Source: a virus
IMG/VR virus record: IMGVR_UViG_3300045988_153285
Span: 1-64,000 of that record
Length of the DNA stretch: 64,000 nucleotides
Strand: one strand, 5' to 3'
Of this stretch, positions 40,105 to 48,959 are shown piece after piece (position 1 is the stretch's first letter; each line of letters opens with the position of its first letter). Under the pieces are notes generated by a model. That model was not told the origin of the DNA. It did not search any database and worked only from the letters and a program-made list of their open reading frames with translations. Both the position numbers and the translations under genes were made by a program.

Positions 40105-40995
40105 ATGAAATTAGAAGATATAACGGAAAACTTTACAATGATACCAAATGAGGTTATTAAATTAGAAAATGAATTAACTACTAAAGAATTATTAATATTA
40201 ACTATTATATTAACTACTAGAGCAGGAAATAAAAATATATGTATATTTAATTTACAATCTATTTATAGTACGTTAGGAATAAAAAGTAATAATACAAAAA
40301 CTAAAAAAGAAGTAAAGGATATATTGCAGTTATTTAAGGATGAAAATATACTACAGTATTTCACCGATATATTTTGCACTGAAGAAATAGATAACATATT
40401 AAACTATGATAAAAACAATTTAATTTATGCACATATCATTGACTTAGATTCTGAAGGATTTACTTACATATTAGATCAAGAAATTAAATACATATTAGAC
40501 CATTCTAAAGAAAACAAACTAGATACAAGTATAATGTTAAAAATATGTTTATATATTCTTAGCTTTATAAATGAAAATGAACAAGATGAATATTATAAAC
40601 TAGCTTTTCCTAAAATGACCACAATAGCTGAAAATGTAGACGTAACAGAAAAAACAGTATTAAAACATGTCAACGCCTTAAAAGAGTTGAAAATATTAAA
40701 TTTTGACTATGCAGGATTTAAGGAAATGAGAGACGGAAAAATAAAAAATGGAAATATGTTTTATTGTAGATATGAAGATAGTAAAATATTACTTGAGCAG
40801 TTAGAAAGAGAAAGAAGTACAAAAGGATTTATAAAACAAAATAAATTACAAAAAGATAAAAGTAATCTAAAGAGAAGAATAACACAAGAAATAAATTACA
40901 TAAATAAAAAGATAGAAAATAATACAGCTGATGAGATAGAAAGAGAAAAGATAAAACTACTAAAAGAAGAGTATAGCAAACTTGAAAATCGCTAG
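40105..40995 (+). CDS. wHTH DNA-binding protein (RepA_N/DnaD-like candidate)
   Basis: The N-terminus FTMIPNEVIK...LTTKELLILT is typical of such initiator/organiser proteins. A second HTH reads TIAENVDVTEKTVLKHVNAL. Confidence 0.3.
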   Translation: MKLEDITENFTMIPNEVIKLENELTTKELLILTIILTTRAGNKNICIFNLQSIYSTLGIKSNNTKTKKEVKDILQLFKDENILQYFTDIFCTEEIDNILNYDKNNLIYAHIIDLDSEGFTYILDQEIKYILDHSKENKLDTSIMLKICLYILSFINENEQDEYYKLAFPKMTTIAENVDVTEKTVLKHVNALKELKILNFDYAGFKEMRDGKIKNGNMFYCRYEDSKILLEQLERERSTKGFIKQNKLQKDKSNLKRRITQEINYINKKIENNTADEIEREKIKLLKEEYSKLENR

Positions 40996-41086
40996 GTTTT
41001 CAATGATTCATATTTATAAATTAGTGATGTTGTTATTTATTTATGTTGATAATTAGTAATATTGTTACACTATACTGTGTTATTAA

Positions 41087-41309
41087 TTTCTTCTACAATT
41101 TGAATTTTGAAGTATTAAAAATTTCTACAATTTGAGTTGATGAGTATAAGAAATTAATAAAATGAAGTTTTAGTCTGTAAACCTAGTAAAATAGCCACTT
41201 TTGAGGGAATTATAAAAATAAATATATTATTAAAACCTAGTAAACAAGCCATTTATAACAGATAATAGACTAAAACTTCAAAATATAAGAAATTAATAAA
41301 ATAAAGTTT
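41087..41309. repeat. nested direct and inverted repeats in an intergenic region
   Basis: TTCTACAATTTGA x2, AAACCTAGTAAA..AGCCA x2 and TATAAGAAATTAATAAAAT.AAGTTTT x2. Inverted pair GAAGTTTTAGTCT (41164-41176) / AGACTAAAACTTC (41267-41279). Confidence 0.65.
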
Positions 41310-41355
41310 TCAAGCAAAATAATAAAATCTAAAAGTAAAGAAAGGAATAAAAGAC

Positions 41356-42330
41356 ATGAGAGAATTTAAAGTGAATAATTGGTTAGGGCTAACAAAAGAA
41401 GGAGAATATGTTACAATAGATCAAGTGACAGATATACATACAGATTACTATTGTCCATCATGCGGTGAAATTTTACATGGCAGAGCTTTAGAGTCTGAAT
41501 TAGTCGAAAGACATTTTTACCATTTACAAAATAATAACTTAGAAAGTTGCAACTGTGAACAAGCCTATAAAAGATATTGGAAAGATAAATTTATTTCAGT
41601 TGGTGAAATTATGACATTACCATTTTTAAACGAGATAACTTGTATTGCTAAAGAAATTGATCATAAGGTTAATAGTGATTTAACAGCAGATATTTACATA
41701 AAGTCATCTAATGATGATAATATAGTGATATTGTTTGAAGATAGTAAACAAGTTGAAAATAGTAATTTAAATTATACAATTTTTTATTTAAATTTTATGG
41801 AGCTAAAAAGAGATTTAACAAATATAAACGAGTGTTTAGTATTACTACATAGTGAACAAATTAACAAAATAAATATTGAATTTAAAAATAAAATCAATGA
41901 TATTGCAAGCATTTTTACAAGATTTTTAAAAATTGATTTTTCAGAATGTGCGGTTAATATAAATAAATGTGTAGGTATAAAAAAGGAATTTGAATTATTG
42001 GGTTATAAAGACGAGTGTATTATTATGGATTGTTTAATAGATTCTTTGAAAAAGAGAACAATAACTATTTGTAAATATAAAAATATAAACATAACAAAAG
42101 ATGAAGTAAAAGCGGTCGAATTTTTAATTAATAAATTAAGATCAATTACAAAGTACAATATATCTTTAGATGTAAAAATGTTAAAGTCTATGAAATACAA
42201 AATATATAATAAAGGTTATTATAATAATAGTTGGACTAAATCAGTTTATTTTGACTTAATAAAGCCAATAGGAGCAGAATTTAACTCATACATAAATAAA
42301 ATTGAAAATATTCTAAATAACAATGAATAA
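41356..42330 (+). CDS. CoiA-like N-terminal domain protein
   Basis: YYCPSCGEILHGR...RHFYH resembles the N-terminus of the 27074-28456 product. Confidence 0.35.
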   Translation: MREFKVNNWLGLTKEGEYVTIDQVTDIHTDYYCPSCGEILHGRALESELVERHFYHLQNNNLESCNCEQAYKRYWKDKFISVGEIMTLPFLNEITCIAKEIDHKVNSDLTADIYIKSSNDDNIVILFEDSKQVENSNLNYTIFYLNFMELKRDLTNINECLVLLHSEQINKINIEFKNKINDIASIFTRFLKIDFSECAVNINKCVGIKKEFELLGYKDECIIMDCLIDSLKKRTITICKYKNINITKDEVKAVEFLINKLRSITKYNISLDVKMLKSMKYKIYNKGYYNNSWTKSVYFDLIKPIGAEFNSYINKIENILNNNE

Positions 42331-42470
42331 ATTAACAAAATTAAGTATGCAATATAAATATAAGTCTATAATATTCATAAAAGGAAGCACTAACAAGAAA
42401 CGAAATAAAGTTAGTGCTTTCCTTATTCTAATAAAAATTAACACAATCTAATATAAATTAACAAAACAAA

Positions 42471-42499
42471 TTGACAAAAGAATAAGTAAATGTTTTAAT
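42471..42499 (+). promoter_or_regulatory. promoter TTGACA-17-TTTAAT (TG-extended) driving the ORF-free unit
   Basis: Read directly from the sequence. Confidence 0.45.
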
Positions 42500-42505
42500 A
42501 TAATT

Positions 42506-42999
42506 AAAATTTAAAAATATTATTTTATATAAATTAATAAAAATATAGGAAGTCCTATAAGGCAACTGGAACACAGAAAAACAGTATAAATAAACTGTGG
42601 TTGGCCACCGACTAAAAAGAAGGCTCGGATATAAGTATTACTTACTATATGCTTATAACCGTCAAACGGGTACATATGACCGTTAAATAAATTATATGGG
42701 TTTGGTTAGCTTAGGTTAGAAATAACGGACTTATAATAAGCTTTAAAGCGTATTCTATGGGCTAAGAGTAGAATGTTAAAGTTATAAGATAACAAAGTAA
42801 GTAATATTACTAAGATACAATAGCGATATACAGTAGTATTTTTGTTTGCCTCGAAAAACAGGGGTAAACTATACCCAAAAATGTGTCCAAGCTCAACCAG
42901 TAGTATATAGCTTCGCTACCTAATTGCAAGTAAAAACTATATTTTATTTATATAAATTAATAAAACAAAGAAGAAGTTTAACGACTTCTTTTTATTTTG
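42506..42999 (+). ncRNA. candidate structured ncRNA (~0.45 kb) with its own promoter and terminator
   Basis: No ORF and G/C-richer than its flanks. Bracketed by junction motifs at 42531 and 42954. Terminator stem at 42971-42977/42984-42990 followed by a T-run. Shares CGGGTACATATGAC with the minus strand of 22235-23119. Confidence 0.45.
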
Positions 43000-43038
43000 T
43001 CTAATATTTGATATAATATCCATTAGGAGGTGTTTTGA

Positions 43039-43302
43039 ATGGTTATAAATAAAAACAATGGAAAAATAGTAATAGAAGAATATAGAGAGTTTAACGGGTT
43101 TATAACGGGCATTAAAACAATTAAGGCTTATAACATTACTGTGTTGGATCTTGAAGGTATAGAAAAGTTAAAAGGTAAATTAAGAGTGCAGCAATTAGAG
43201 AATAGAAAGAATTATAAATTTTCTCACAATAGTACCAACAAGGATTTGGTTGAATATGTATTGAATGAATTGAAGAAATACAAGTATATTACTATAAAAT
43301 AA
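43039..43302 (+). CDS. hypothetical protein
   Basis: 87-aa ORF with RBS AGGAGG. Confidence 0.5.
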   Translation: MVINKNNGKIVIEEYREFNGFITGIKTIKAYNITVLDLEGIEKLKGKLRVQQLENRKNYKFSHNSTNKDLVEYVLNELKKYKYITIK

Positions 43303-43332
43303 GGATTTTAAGCTGTTTTAAGCCTGAATTTA

Positions 43333-43362
43333 AAGCGTTTAGCATTTAGAGGATAAATTATA
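43333..43362 (+). repeat. copy c (partial) of the dispersed intergenic element
   Basis: Reads AAGCGTTTAGCATTTAGAGGATAAATTATA, compared with 29439-29469. Confidence 0.5.
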
Positions 43363-43447
43363 TTATTAAAAACAAAAACTAAAATTATACTGTTTTAATG
43401 AGATTTACAAGCTATAAAAAATTTAAAATATAAATTAATAAAATAGG

Positions 43448-43476
43448 TTGACAAATATTAAATAAGTCATTATAAT
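43448..43476 (+). promoter_or_regulatory. consensus promoter TTGACA-17-TATAAT
   Basis: Junction motif at 43432-43443 lies 4 nt upstream of the -35 element. Confidence 0.65.
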
Positions 43477-43515
43477 ATAATTAAAGATTGAAATTGATTT
43501 AAGGAGTTGTTGAGA

Positions 43516-45339
43516 ATGTGTAAAATATTATTAAATGAAAAATTAAATGGTGTAGAATTATATTTTGAGGAGAAACCAGCAGGAACAGTATTAACAGATT
43601 TAAAAGCTAATGGTTTTAGATGGAATGGTAAAAAGGTTTGTTGGTATGCTAAACAATCAGAAGAAACTTTAAAGGTTGCTAATACATACAGTGAAGGATC
43701 AAAAGAAGTTGCAACAGCTTCATTAAAGAAAATTAACAAAATAGATTTATTTGAATTAACTACTTATACAGAAGTAGAAAGAGAAAAGAATTATAATACA
43801 AAGGAAATAGCAAAGAAAATAAGAACACACTTAAAAGCTAGATTTAAATTTGTTAAATTTTCAGTTACTTCTAAAGATAGAATAAGAGTAGAAATAAAAT
43901 CAGCACCATTTGAAAAAGATACTATTTATTTAAAGGCTATTCAAGAATACGTTGATAAATTAGTAGAATCATACAATTTTTGTACTTGTTATGATCCATA
44001 TGGTGACTATGGTTCAAGTTATAATTTTTATTTCTTTGGTTGTAGAGTTGATTATGATTATATTCAAGTTGAAGCAACACAAGAAATAATTGAAGCTATG
44101 AAACAGTTTGATATTAAAGTAGCCGAAGCCGAAGAATTAAAAAGAGTTGAAGAAGAAAGACAATATCAAGAATATTTAAAAGAACAAGAACAAGCGAATA
44201 AAGAAGCAGAAAAAAGACAAAAACAAATAAAAGCCGATAAAGAATATATTAATAATAATATTGAAGTTGTTGATCTAGAAGAAGGAAATCAATATTTTGT
44301 TAAAAATGCTTATTTTGCAAATTTAAATAAAAATAACACATTAGAAAGATATCAAGAAGAAGTTTCTAAAGGTGACTACTATTTAAATACTTTAAAAGTA
44401 ACTAGAGAAGTTCACTTCAAAGATTTAAAATCATATAATCTATACATAAATATGTTATTACATGATTTTGATTTTATTGACGGTACTGGTGGAAGTTATA
44501 CAGATGATTTAAGAATTAATTCAATGACAGACTATTATAATATGACTAGCGAAGAACAAAAAACTATTGAATGGCTTTTAAAGGGCGTAGCAGTATATAT
44601 TGATAATGAGTTAATGTTTGTTATAGATGCTCAGGGTTATTGTTATGCTAGATATGTTGGATTAATTGGAGAAAATACAGTTACTACAAAGGAATATACT
44701 TGTAAACAAGTTGTAGCAGTTGAAGAGGTAGAAGAAAGAAAAATTGAAGCTGAAGAAATTCAAGAGGTTTATAATAATGTAATTAATAATACTTTTGATA
44801 ATTGGTATGATACTAGAAAAGCAATAGCAGCAGCTATAAGAAAAAATCCGTTATTGACTTTTGATAATACAGTGGTACAACAAATCAAAGATGAAAAAAT
44901 TAAAATTGATTTATATAAAGTGCTAAAGGAAGTCGATACGATTCAAGATCAGTTTAATGAATCAGGATTAAGCAAGGGCGATAAATTAACCATTGTAAGG
45001 GGTTCAATGATTGGCGGGGCTTCTATATCACATATTATATTAGAAGGTTTTACAATGGAAGAATATGCACAATATAAAGACAATGTAAAAATAACTATGA
45101 ATGTTAAGGGTAAAAAAGGTTTATATTTAACTAATGTGCATGATAAAGATATTGTAATATATAAAGGTTGGATTGATATACCTACTAGCGTATTATATGA
45201 AGATACAAGCAATGGAAACTTTAACGGAATGGCTACAAAATACGGAAGTTATGACGAAAGAGCAATAAGTGATATTATGAGTTATTTACAAGAAAAAAAT
45301 ATATTGCCAATAATAAATACATTCAAGCCAATATTTTAA
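43516..45339 (+). CDS. large hypothetical protein (polyvalent-protein-like N-terminal modules)
   Basis: 607 aa from the ATG at 43516. The N-terminus NGVELYFEEKP...GFRWNGKKVCWYAK and a KFSV...-type module recall plasmid/phage polyvalent proteins. This rests on weak recollection only. Confidence 0.5.
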   Translation: MCKILLNEKLNGVELYFEEKPAGTVLTDLKANGFRWNGKKVCWYAKQSEETLKVANTYSEGSKEVATASLKKINKIDLFELTTYTEVEREKNYNTKEIAKKIRTHLKARFKFVKFSVTSKDRIRVEIKSAPFEKDTIYLKAIQEYVDKLVESYNFCTCYDPYGDYGSSYNFYFFGCRVDYDYIQVEATQEIIEAMKQFDIKVAEAEELKRVEEERQYQEYLKEQEQANKEAEKRQKQIKADKEYINNNIEVVDLEEGNQYFVKNAYFANLNKNNTLERYQEEVSKGDYYLNTLKVTREVHFKDLKSYNLYINMLLHDFDFIDGTGGSYTDDLRINSMTDYYNMTSEEQKTIEWLLKGVAVYIDNELMFVIDAQGYCYARYVGLIGENTVTTKEYTCKQVVAVEEVEERKIEAEEIQEVYNNVINNTFDNWYDTRKAIAAAIRKNPLLTFDNTVVQQIKDEKIKIDLYKVLKEVDTIQDQFNESGLSKGDKLTIVRGSMIGGASISHIILEGFTMEEYAQYKDNVKITMNVKGKKGLYLTNVHDKDIVIYKGWIDIPTSVLYEDTSNGNFNGMATKYGSYDERAISDIMSYLQEKNILPIINTFKPIF

Positions 45340-45341
45340 TT

Positions 45342-45372
45342 AAGGGCTGAAATATGCCCTTGAAAAATATTT
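45342..45372 (+). terminator. intrinsic terminator, loop UGAAAUAU
   Basis: AAGGGC-TGAAATAT-GCCCTT. Confidence 0.55.
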
Positions 45373-45394
45373 TAATATAAATTAACAAAATATA

Positions 45395-45423
45395 TTGACA
45401 AACGATTTATAAAGTAATATAAT
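45395..45423 (+). promoter_or_regulatory. consensus promoter TTGACA-17-TATAAT
   Basis: Junction motif at 45379-45390. Confidence 0.65.
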
Positions 45424-45466
45424 AATAATTGTAGATGAGAAATAAATAATTTATGAGGTGATTAAA

Positions 45467-45940
45467 ATGTGTAAACAAATGGTTTTAGTATGTAAATTAA
45501 ATAAGGTAGATTTTTCAATAGCTGATAAGGAGCTAGATAAATACATAAGTGGATTAAAAGAGATCAGTTACAAAGAAAAGCATAATGGAACAACAGAAAT
45601 TGCAACTTATGCAAATGAGGAAAGAACGAAGGTGTTTGAAGTAAATACTCATTGGTACAAAGATATAAATAAATATGATCTTTCAGTTTATGAATTAGTT
45701 GAAAGTAGAGAAATAAAAGTGACTAAAGTTAATGGAGATTATTTCTATACTAAGATAAATGGAAGCGAAGAAGATGTAATAAATCATTATAATGATAGTA
45801 ATTTTCTAAGCAGTGATTTATCAGAACAAGTAAAGGAAATAGAATTTAATACAAATGATAATTTACTACCAGGAGAGAAGGAAAGAAAAGTTATTTATAA
45901 CTTTGTATATGATAACAAAGCAGAATGTTATTTATATTAA
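45467..45940 (+). CDS. hypothetical protein
   Basis: 157 aa from the ATG at 45467. Confidence 0.5.
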   Translation: MCKQMVLVCKLNKVDFSIADKELDKYISGLKEISYKEKHNGTTEIATYANEERTKVFEVNTHWYKDINKYDLSVYELVESREIKVTKVNGDYFYTKINGSEEDVINHYNDSNFLSSDLSEQVKEIEFNTNDNLLPGEKERKVIYNFVYDNKAECYLY

Positions 45941-46005
45941 TAAAAGAGTTTGTTAGTATCTCATCAAAAACTAATTATATAAATTAACAAAATAGAGGTG
46001 GAAAA

Positions 46006-46218
46006 ATGGATAATTTAATTTTAACTTTAAAGGTATTAGCGAAAATGGCGTTTATATGGGGAACATGTGGAATAGTTTTATTTTTGATATTAGCAACTAT
46101 AACAGCTATTACAGGATCTAAAACATGGTTAAGGGAATTATTGTTCGGAAGACCAATACATAAAAAGAAAAAGAAAAGACTTGAAATGATTAATATAGAG
46201 CTAGATGAAGTAGCTTAG
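46006..46218 (+). CDS. small membrane protein
   Basis: 70 aa with two hydrophobic helices and a KKKKKR tail. Confidence 0.5.
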   Translation: MDNLILTLKVLAKMAFIWGTCGIVLFLILATITAITGSKTWLRELLFGRPIHKKKKKRLEMINIELDEVA

Positions 46219-46264
46219 AAAATAAATAGAATATTAGTTTTATTAAAAATTGGAGGATTGAAAA

Positions 46265-46486
46265 ATGAAAAATTTAGAAATGATAACTAGTTATAAAGGG
46301 TTTAATTTATGTAAAGAAGATAACTTTTATTTCATAACAGGAATAAGCGAAAATTACTTAGATATTTCAGGAGAGAAAGAAGAATTAATAGCAGAGCTTA
46401 AACGTTGGAGAAATGAAATAGATTTTGATAATGCACATATGTTGGATATAGAAACATTTTTTATAAATATATTAGAAAACAGATAA
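46265..46486 (+). CDS. hypothetical protein
   Basis: 73-aa ORF with RBS GGAGG. Confidence 0.5.
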   Translation: MKNLEMITSYKGFNLCKEDNFYFITGISENYLDISGEKEELIAELKRWRNEIDFDNAHMLDIETFFINILENR

Positions 46487-46535
46487 AAGAATAAGTATAA
46501 AATAATACTTTTATATGTGAATGGAGAGTTTGAAA

Positions 46536-46742
46536 ATGATTATAGAACAAAAAATAATATTAAATTGTAGTAATACAAAACAAGGAAAAGATAAAGGCTG
46601 TATGATAAGGTTATTAAGAGTTAATCCAAATGGAGAATATGGACGTTCAGAATATCAAGGAGTAATTACAGAAGAACAAAGGCGCTCAATAGAAAAAATT
46701 TTAGGTATATCAGAATATAACGATTATAGAAGAATTATATAA
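46536..46742 (+). CDS. hypothetical protein
   Basis: RBS GGAGAG sits 7 nt before the ATG at 46536. Confidence 0.45.
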   Translation: MIIEQKIILNCSNTKQGKDKGCMIRLLRVNPNGEYGRSEYQGVITEEQRRSIEKILGISEYNDYRRII

Positions 46743-46793
46743 ATGAATTGTTTTATTTATATATAAAAATTAATAAAAATATGAGGTAGAATT

Positions 46794-46991
46794 ATGGAAT
46801 TAAATAAATCAATGTTAGAATTAAATTTAACTGATTTTAATAAAGCAATAATTAAAAATTTAGGCAAAGAAGTTTGGAGAAAAATCAACAGTGATTTAGA
46901 TACAAGTTGCGTATTACTTGCAGGTGGATCAGAGAAGTATAAAAATTTAGTTTATAACTATTTAGGTAATAAAGGTTATATAAATAATTAA
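46794..46991 (+). CDS. hypothetical protein
   Basis: 65-aa ORF. A terminator-like hairpin lies at 47001-47017. Confidence 0.45.
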   Translation: MELNKSMLELNLTDFNKAIIKNLGKEVWRKINSDLDTSCVLLAGGSEKYKNLVYNYLGNKGYINN

Positions 46992-47075
46992 AATAAGTTT
47001 GCCGAGTTTATCGGCTTCTTATATGAGTATATAAAAATTATATATTGATATGAGAATATATTAAGAGGTGAAAAT

Positions 47076-47312
47076 ATGAAACGAATAGGTAAATTAACAA
47101 AATATAGAGTAATATGCAATACGCTTGATGTATTAGTTAGAAATAATATAGATAATAGATTTAATATTATACAAGAAAAATTCAATAGGAGAGAATCTGA
47201 AACTATTCAGGAGCTTTTGAGTGTTATAGATGAGTTGTTATGTTCTACAGAAGATTATGATGTTAAACAGTGTTTAATAGCATATAGAGACAGATTGAAG
47301 GTAATAATATAA
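47076..47312 (+). CDS. hypothetical protein
   Basis: 78-aa ORF with an RBS. Confidence 0.45.
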   Translation: MKRIGKLTKYRVICNTLDVLVRNNIDNRFNIIQEKFNRRESETIQELLSVIDELLCSTEDYDVKQCLIAYRDRLKVII

Positions 47313-47328
47313 TATAGGAAGTGGTTGT

Positions 47329-47574
47329 ATGAAAAGATATATAGTAAATAACACAAAAGTATATGAAGCAGATCCAGCAAAAGAAATGAGATTTATAAAA
47401 AGATTGGCTAAACTCGACTATATAATTGTATACGATAAACAAATAATAGAGCAAGAGAATAAAATATTGCTTATACCTAACCGATTAACATTGTTAGAAA
47501 CTTATGATATTATTAAGAGAGTGTATCCTATTAGTTATGTTGTAAAAAATTTCAAAGAAATAGGTTTAATATAA
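47329..47574 (+). CDS. hypothetical protein
   Basis: 81-aa ORF. Confidence 0.45.
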   Translation: MKRYIVNNTKVYEADPAKEMRFIKRLAKLDYIIVYDKQIIEQENKILLIPNRLTLLETYDIIKRVYPISYVVKNFKEIGLI

Positions 47575-47605
47575 AAAATAATTTAATAAAAATTAACGAA
47601 ATGTG

Positions 47606-47635
47606 TTGACAACGATAAGAAGAATATGGTAATAT
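47606..47635 (+). promoter_or_regulatory. promoter TTGACA-18-TAATAT (TGG-extended)
   Basis: Junction-motif variant at 47590-47601. Confidence 0.55.
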
Positions 47636-47677
47636 ATAGGTATAGTAAGTAATAAAAAATTTAAGGAGATTTGAGAA

Positions 47678-48268
47678 ATGAATAATGAATTTATTATAAA
47701 AAGAGGAATGATATTTTATGCAGATCTAGGAATTAGCGAAGATAGTGTTCAAGCTGGGCTTAGGCCGGTAATTATCGTGGGAAATGGCTTACAATGCAAA
47801 TTCGGGCCGATTATAACAGTAATTCCAATAACTTCAAAGATAGCGAAGAAACGTTTAATGACACAAACATTATTAATTAATGAAATTGGTTTAAATAGAG
47901 AAAGTATGCCAATGGCAGAACAAATTACAACAATATCAAAGGACAAATTAGTTAGTTACATAGGTAGATTAAGAAAAAGTACAATGGAGGAAATTGATAA
48001 AACAATAGATGCAGCGTTAGCATTAACAGATATAAGAGAAAAAGAAATAGAAAAACAAGTTGAAGAAGTTAAGAGATGGGAAAACAATATAAATGATCTA
48101 AAAGATATAGTTCCAAAGACTGCTTTAGAACAAATAAAACTAAGATATAAAATAGAGTTAAATAAATTAGATAATATATGTAATTCAAATAGGAAGAGTA
48201 TAAATAATTATTATATAGCAAATATAAATACATTTTCAAATGAGATGAGTATGGTAGCAACAAGATAA
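47678..48268 (+). CDS. MazF/PemK-family toxin domain with ~80-aa coiled-coil C-terminal extension
   Basis: IKRGMIFYADLG...GLRPVIIVGN...VIPITSK...AEQITTISKDKL matches the PemK pattern. 196 aa, against the usual ~115. Confidence 0.7.
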   Translation: MNNEFIIKRGMIFYADLGISEDSVQAGLRPVIIVGNGLQCKFGPIITVIPITSKIAKKRLMTQTLLINEIGLNRESMPMAEQITTISKDKLVSYIGRLRKSTMEEIDKTIDAALALTDIREKEIEKQVEEVKRWENNINDLKDIVPKTALEQIKLRYKIELNKLDNICNSNRKSINNYYIANINTFSNEMSMVATR

Positions 48269-48294
48269 AAAGAATTTATGGGGGCGGATGTAAA

Positions 48295-48903
48295 ATGGAT
48301 ATACAAAAAATTGTAAAAGAAGAAATATTCCCTATGTTAGGCGAAGGGAAAATAGATGAAGCAGAAAAGAAACTAAGAAGATTAATGTTAACTTTGACGG
48401 ATAAGAATTGCACAGAAGACCATAGAATAGTTTTATGTTCTCTTAGCAGAATAAAGTATATTACTGGTGATATTGATAATGCAAAATATTATATAAATAG
48501 ATTCATAGATATTCTGCAGCATGATAATGAATATGCAGAAACATATAAGGATGGTTATTGTAATTATATAAATTTATATGCTGAGATATTTAAAGATAGT
48601 ATTGATATAGATGAAAAAAATAAGATAAACAATATAAATTTAGATAATGCTATAAATAATAACGATACAGCAAGGATATATACAGCTAAAGCAAATATAG
48701 CATTTCTAAGAGATGATATAGAAGAAATAGAAAATGTCCTTATGGACATACATAATTATGAAAAATCTAAACTAATAGATGAAAATAAGCTAATTAGCGC
48801 AGAGGTTTTAAATGATCTTTGCAATTTAAAAATAGAAATATACAAAGAGTTAAAGGAAAAATATCCTAATTATGTACAAGAAGATTATAACTATGCTTAC
48901 TAG
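48295..48903 (+). CDS. TPR-like helical repeat protein
   Basis: 202 aa with TPR-like units (LSRIKYITGDIDNAKYYINRFIDIL, ARIYTAKANIAFLRDDIEE). No HTH seen. Confidence 0.45.
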   Translation: MDIQKIVKEEIFPMLGEGKIDEAEKKLRRLMLTLTDKNCTEDHRIVLCSLSRIKYITGDIDNAKYYINRFIDILQHDNEYAETYKDGYCNYINLYAEIFKDSIDIDEKNKINNINLDNAINNNDTARIYTAKANIAFLRDDIEEIENVLMDIHNYEKSKLIDENKLISAEVLNDLCNLKIEIYKELKEKYPNYVQEDYNYAY

Positions 48904-48959
48904 ACAATTTCCTCTTTAGAGGGGTTGAATATATATATATAATTTTTGGAGGTACATTT

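Noticed and set aside
42545-42565. AGGAAGTCC in the 0.45-kb RNA resembles the RNase P GGAAAGUCC motif. tmRNA and tRNA ends were also looked for in 22235-23119, 37330-38170 and 42506-42999.
   Set aside because: There is no surrounding P4-type context. No GTTCRA T-loops with acceptor stems are present, and no tag reading frame or CCA-adjacent stems. I could not support an RNase P, tmRNA or tRNA call.
47329-47574. The 81-aa upstream ORF considered as the MazE-type antitoxin of the MazF-like gene.
   Set aside because: It is separated from the toxin gene by a full promoter and about 100 nt. I could not recognise an AbrB/SpoVT or RHH pattern in the sequence.
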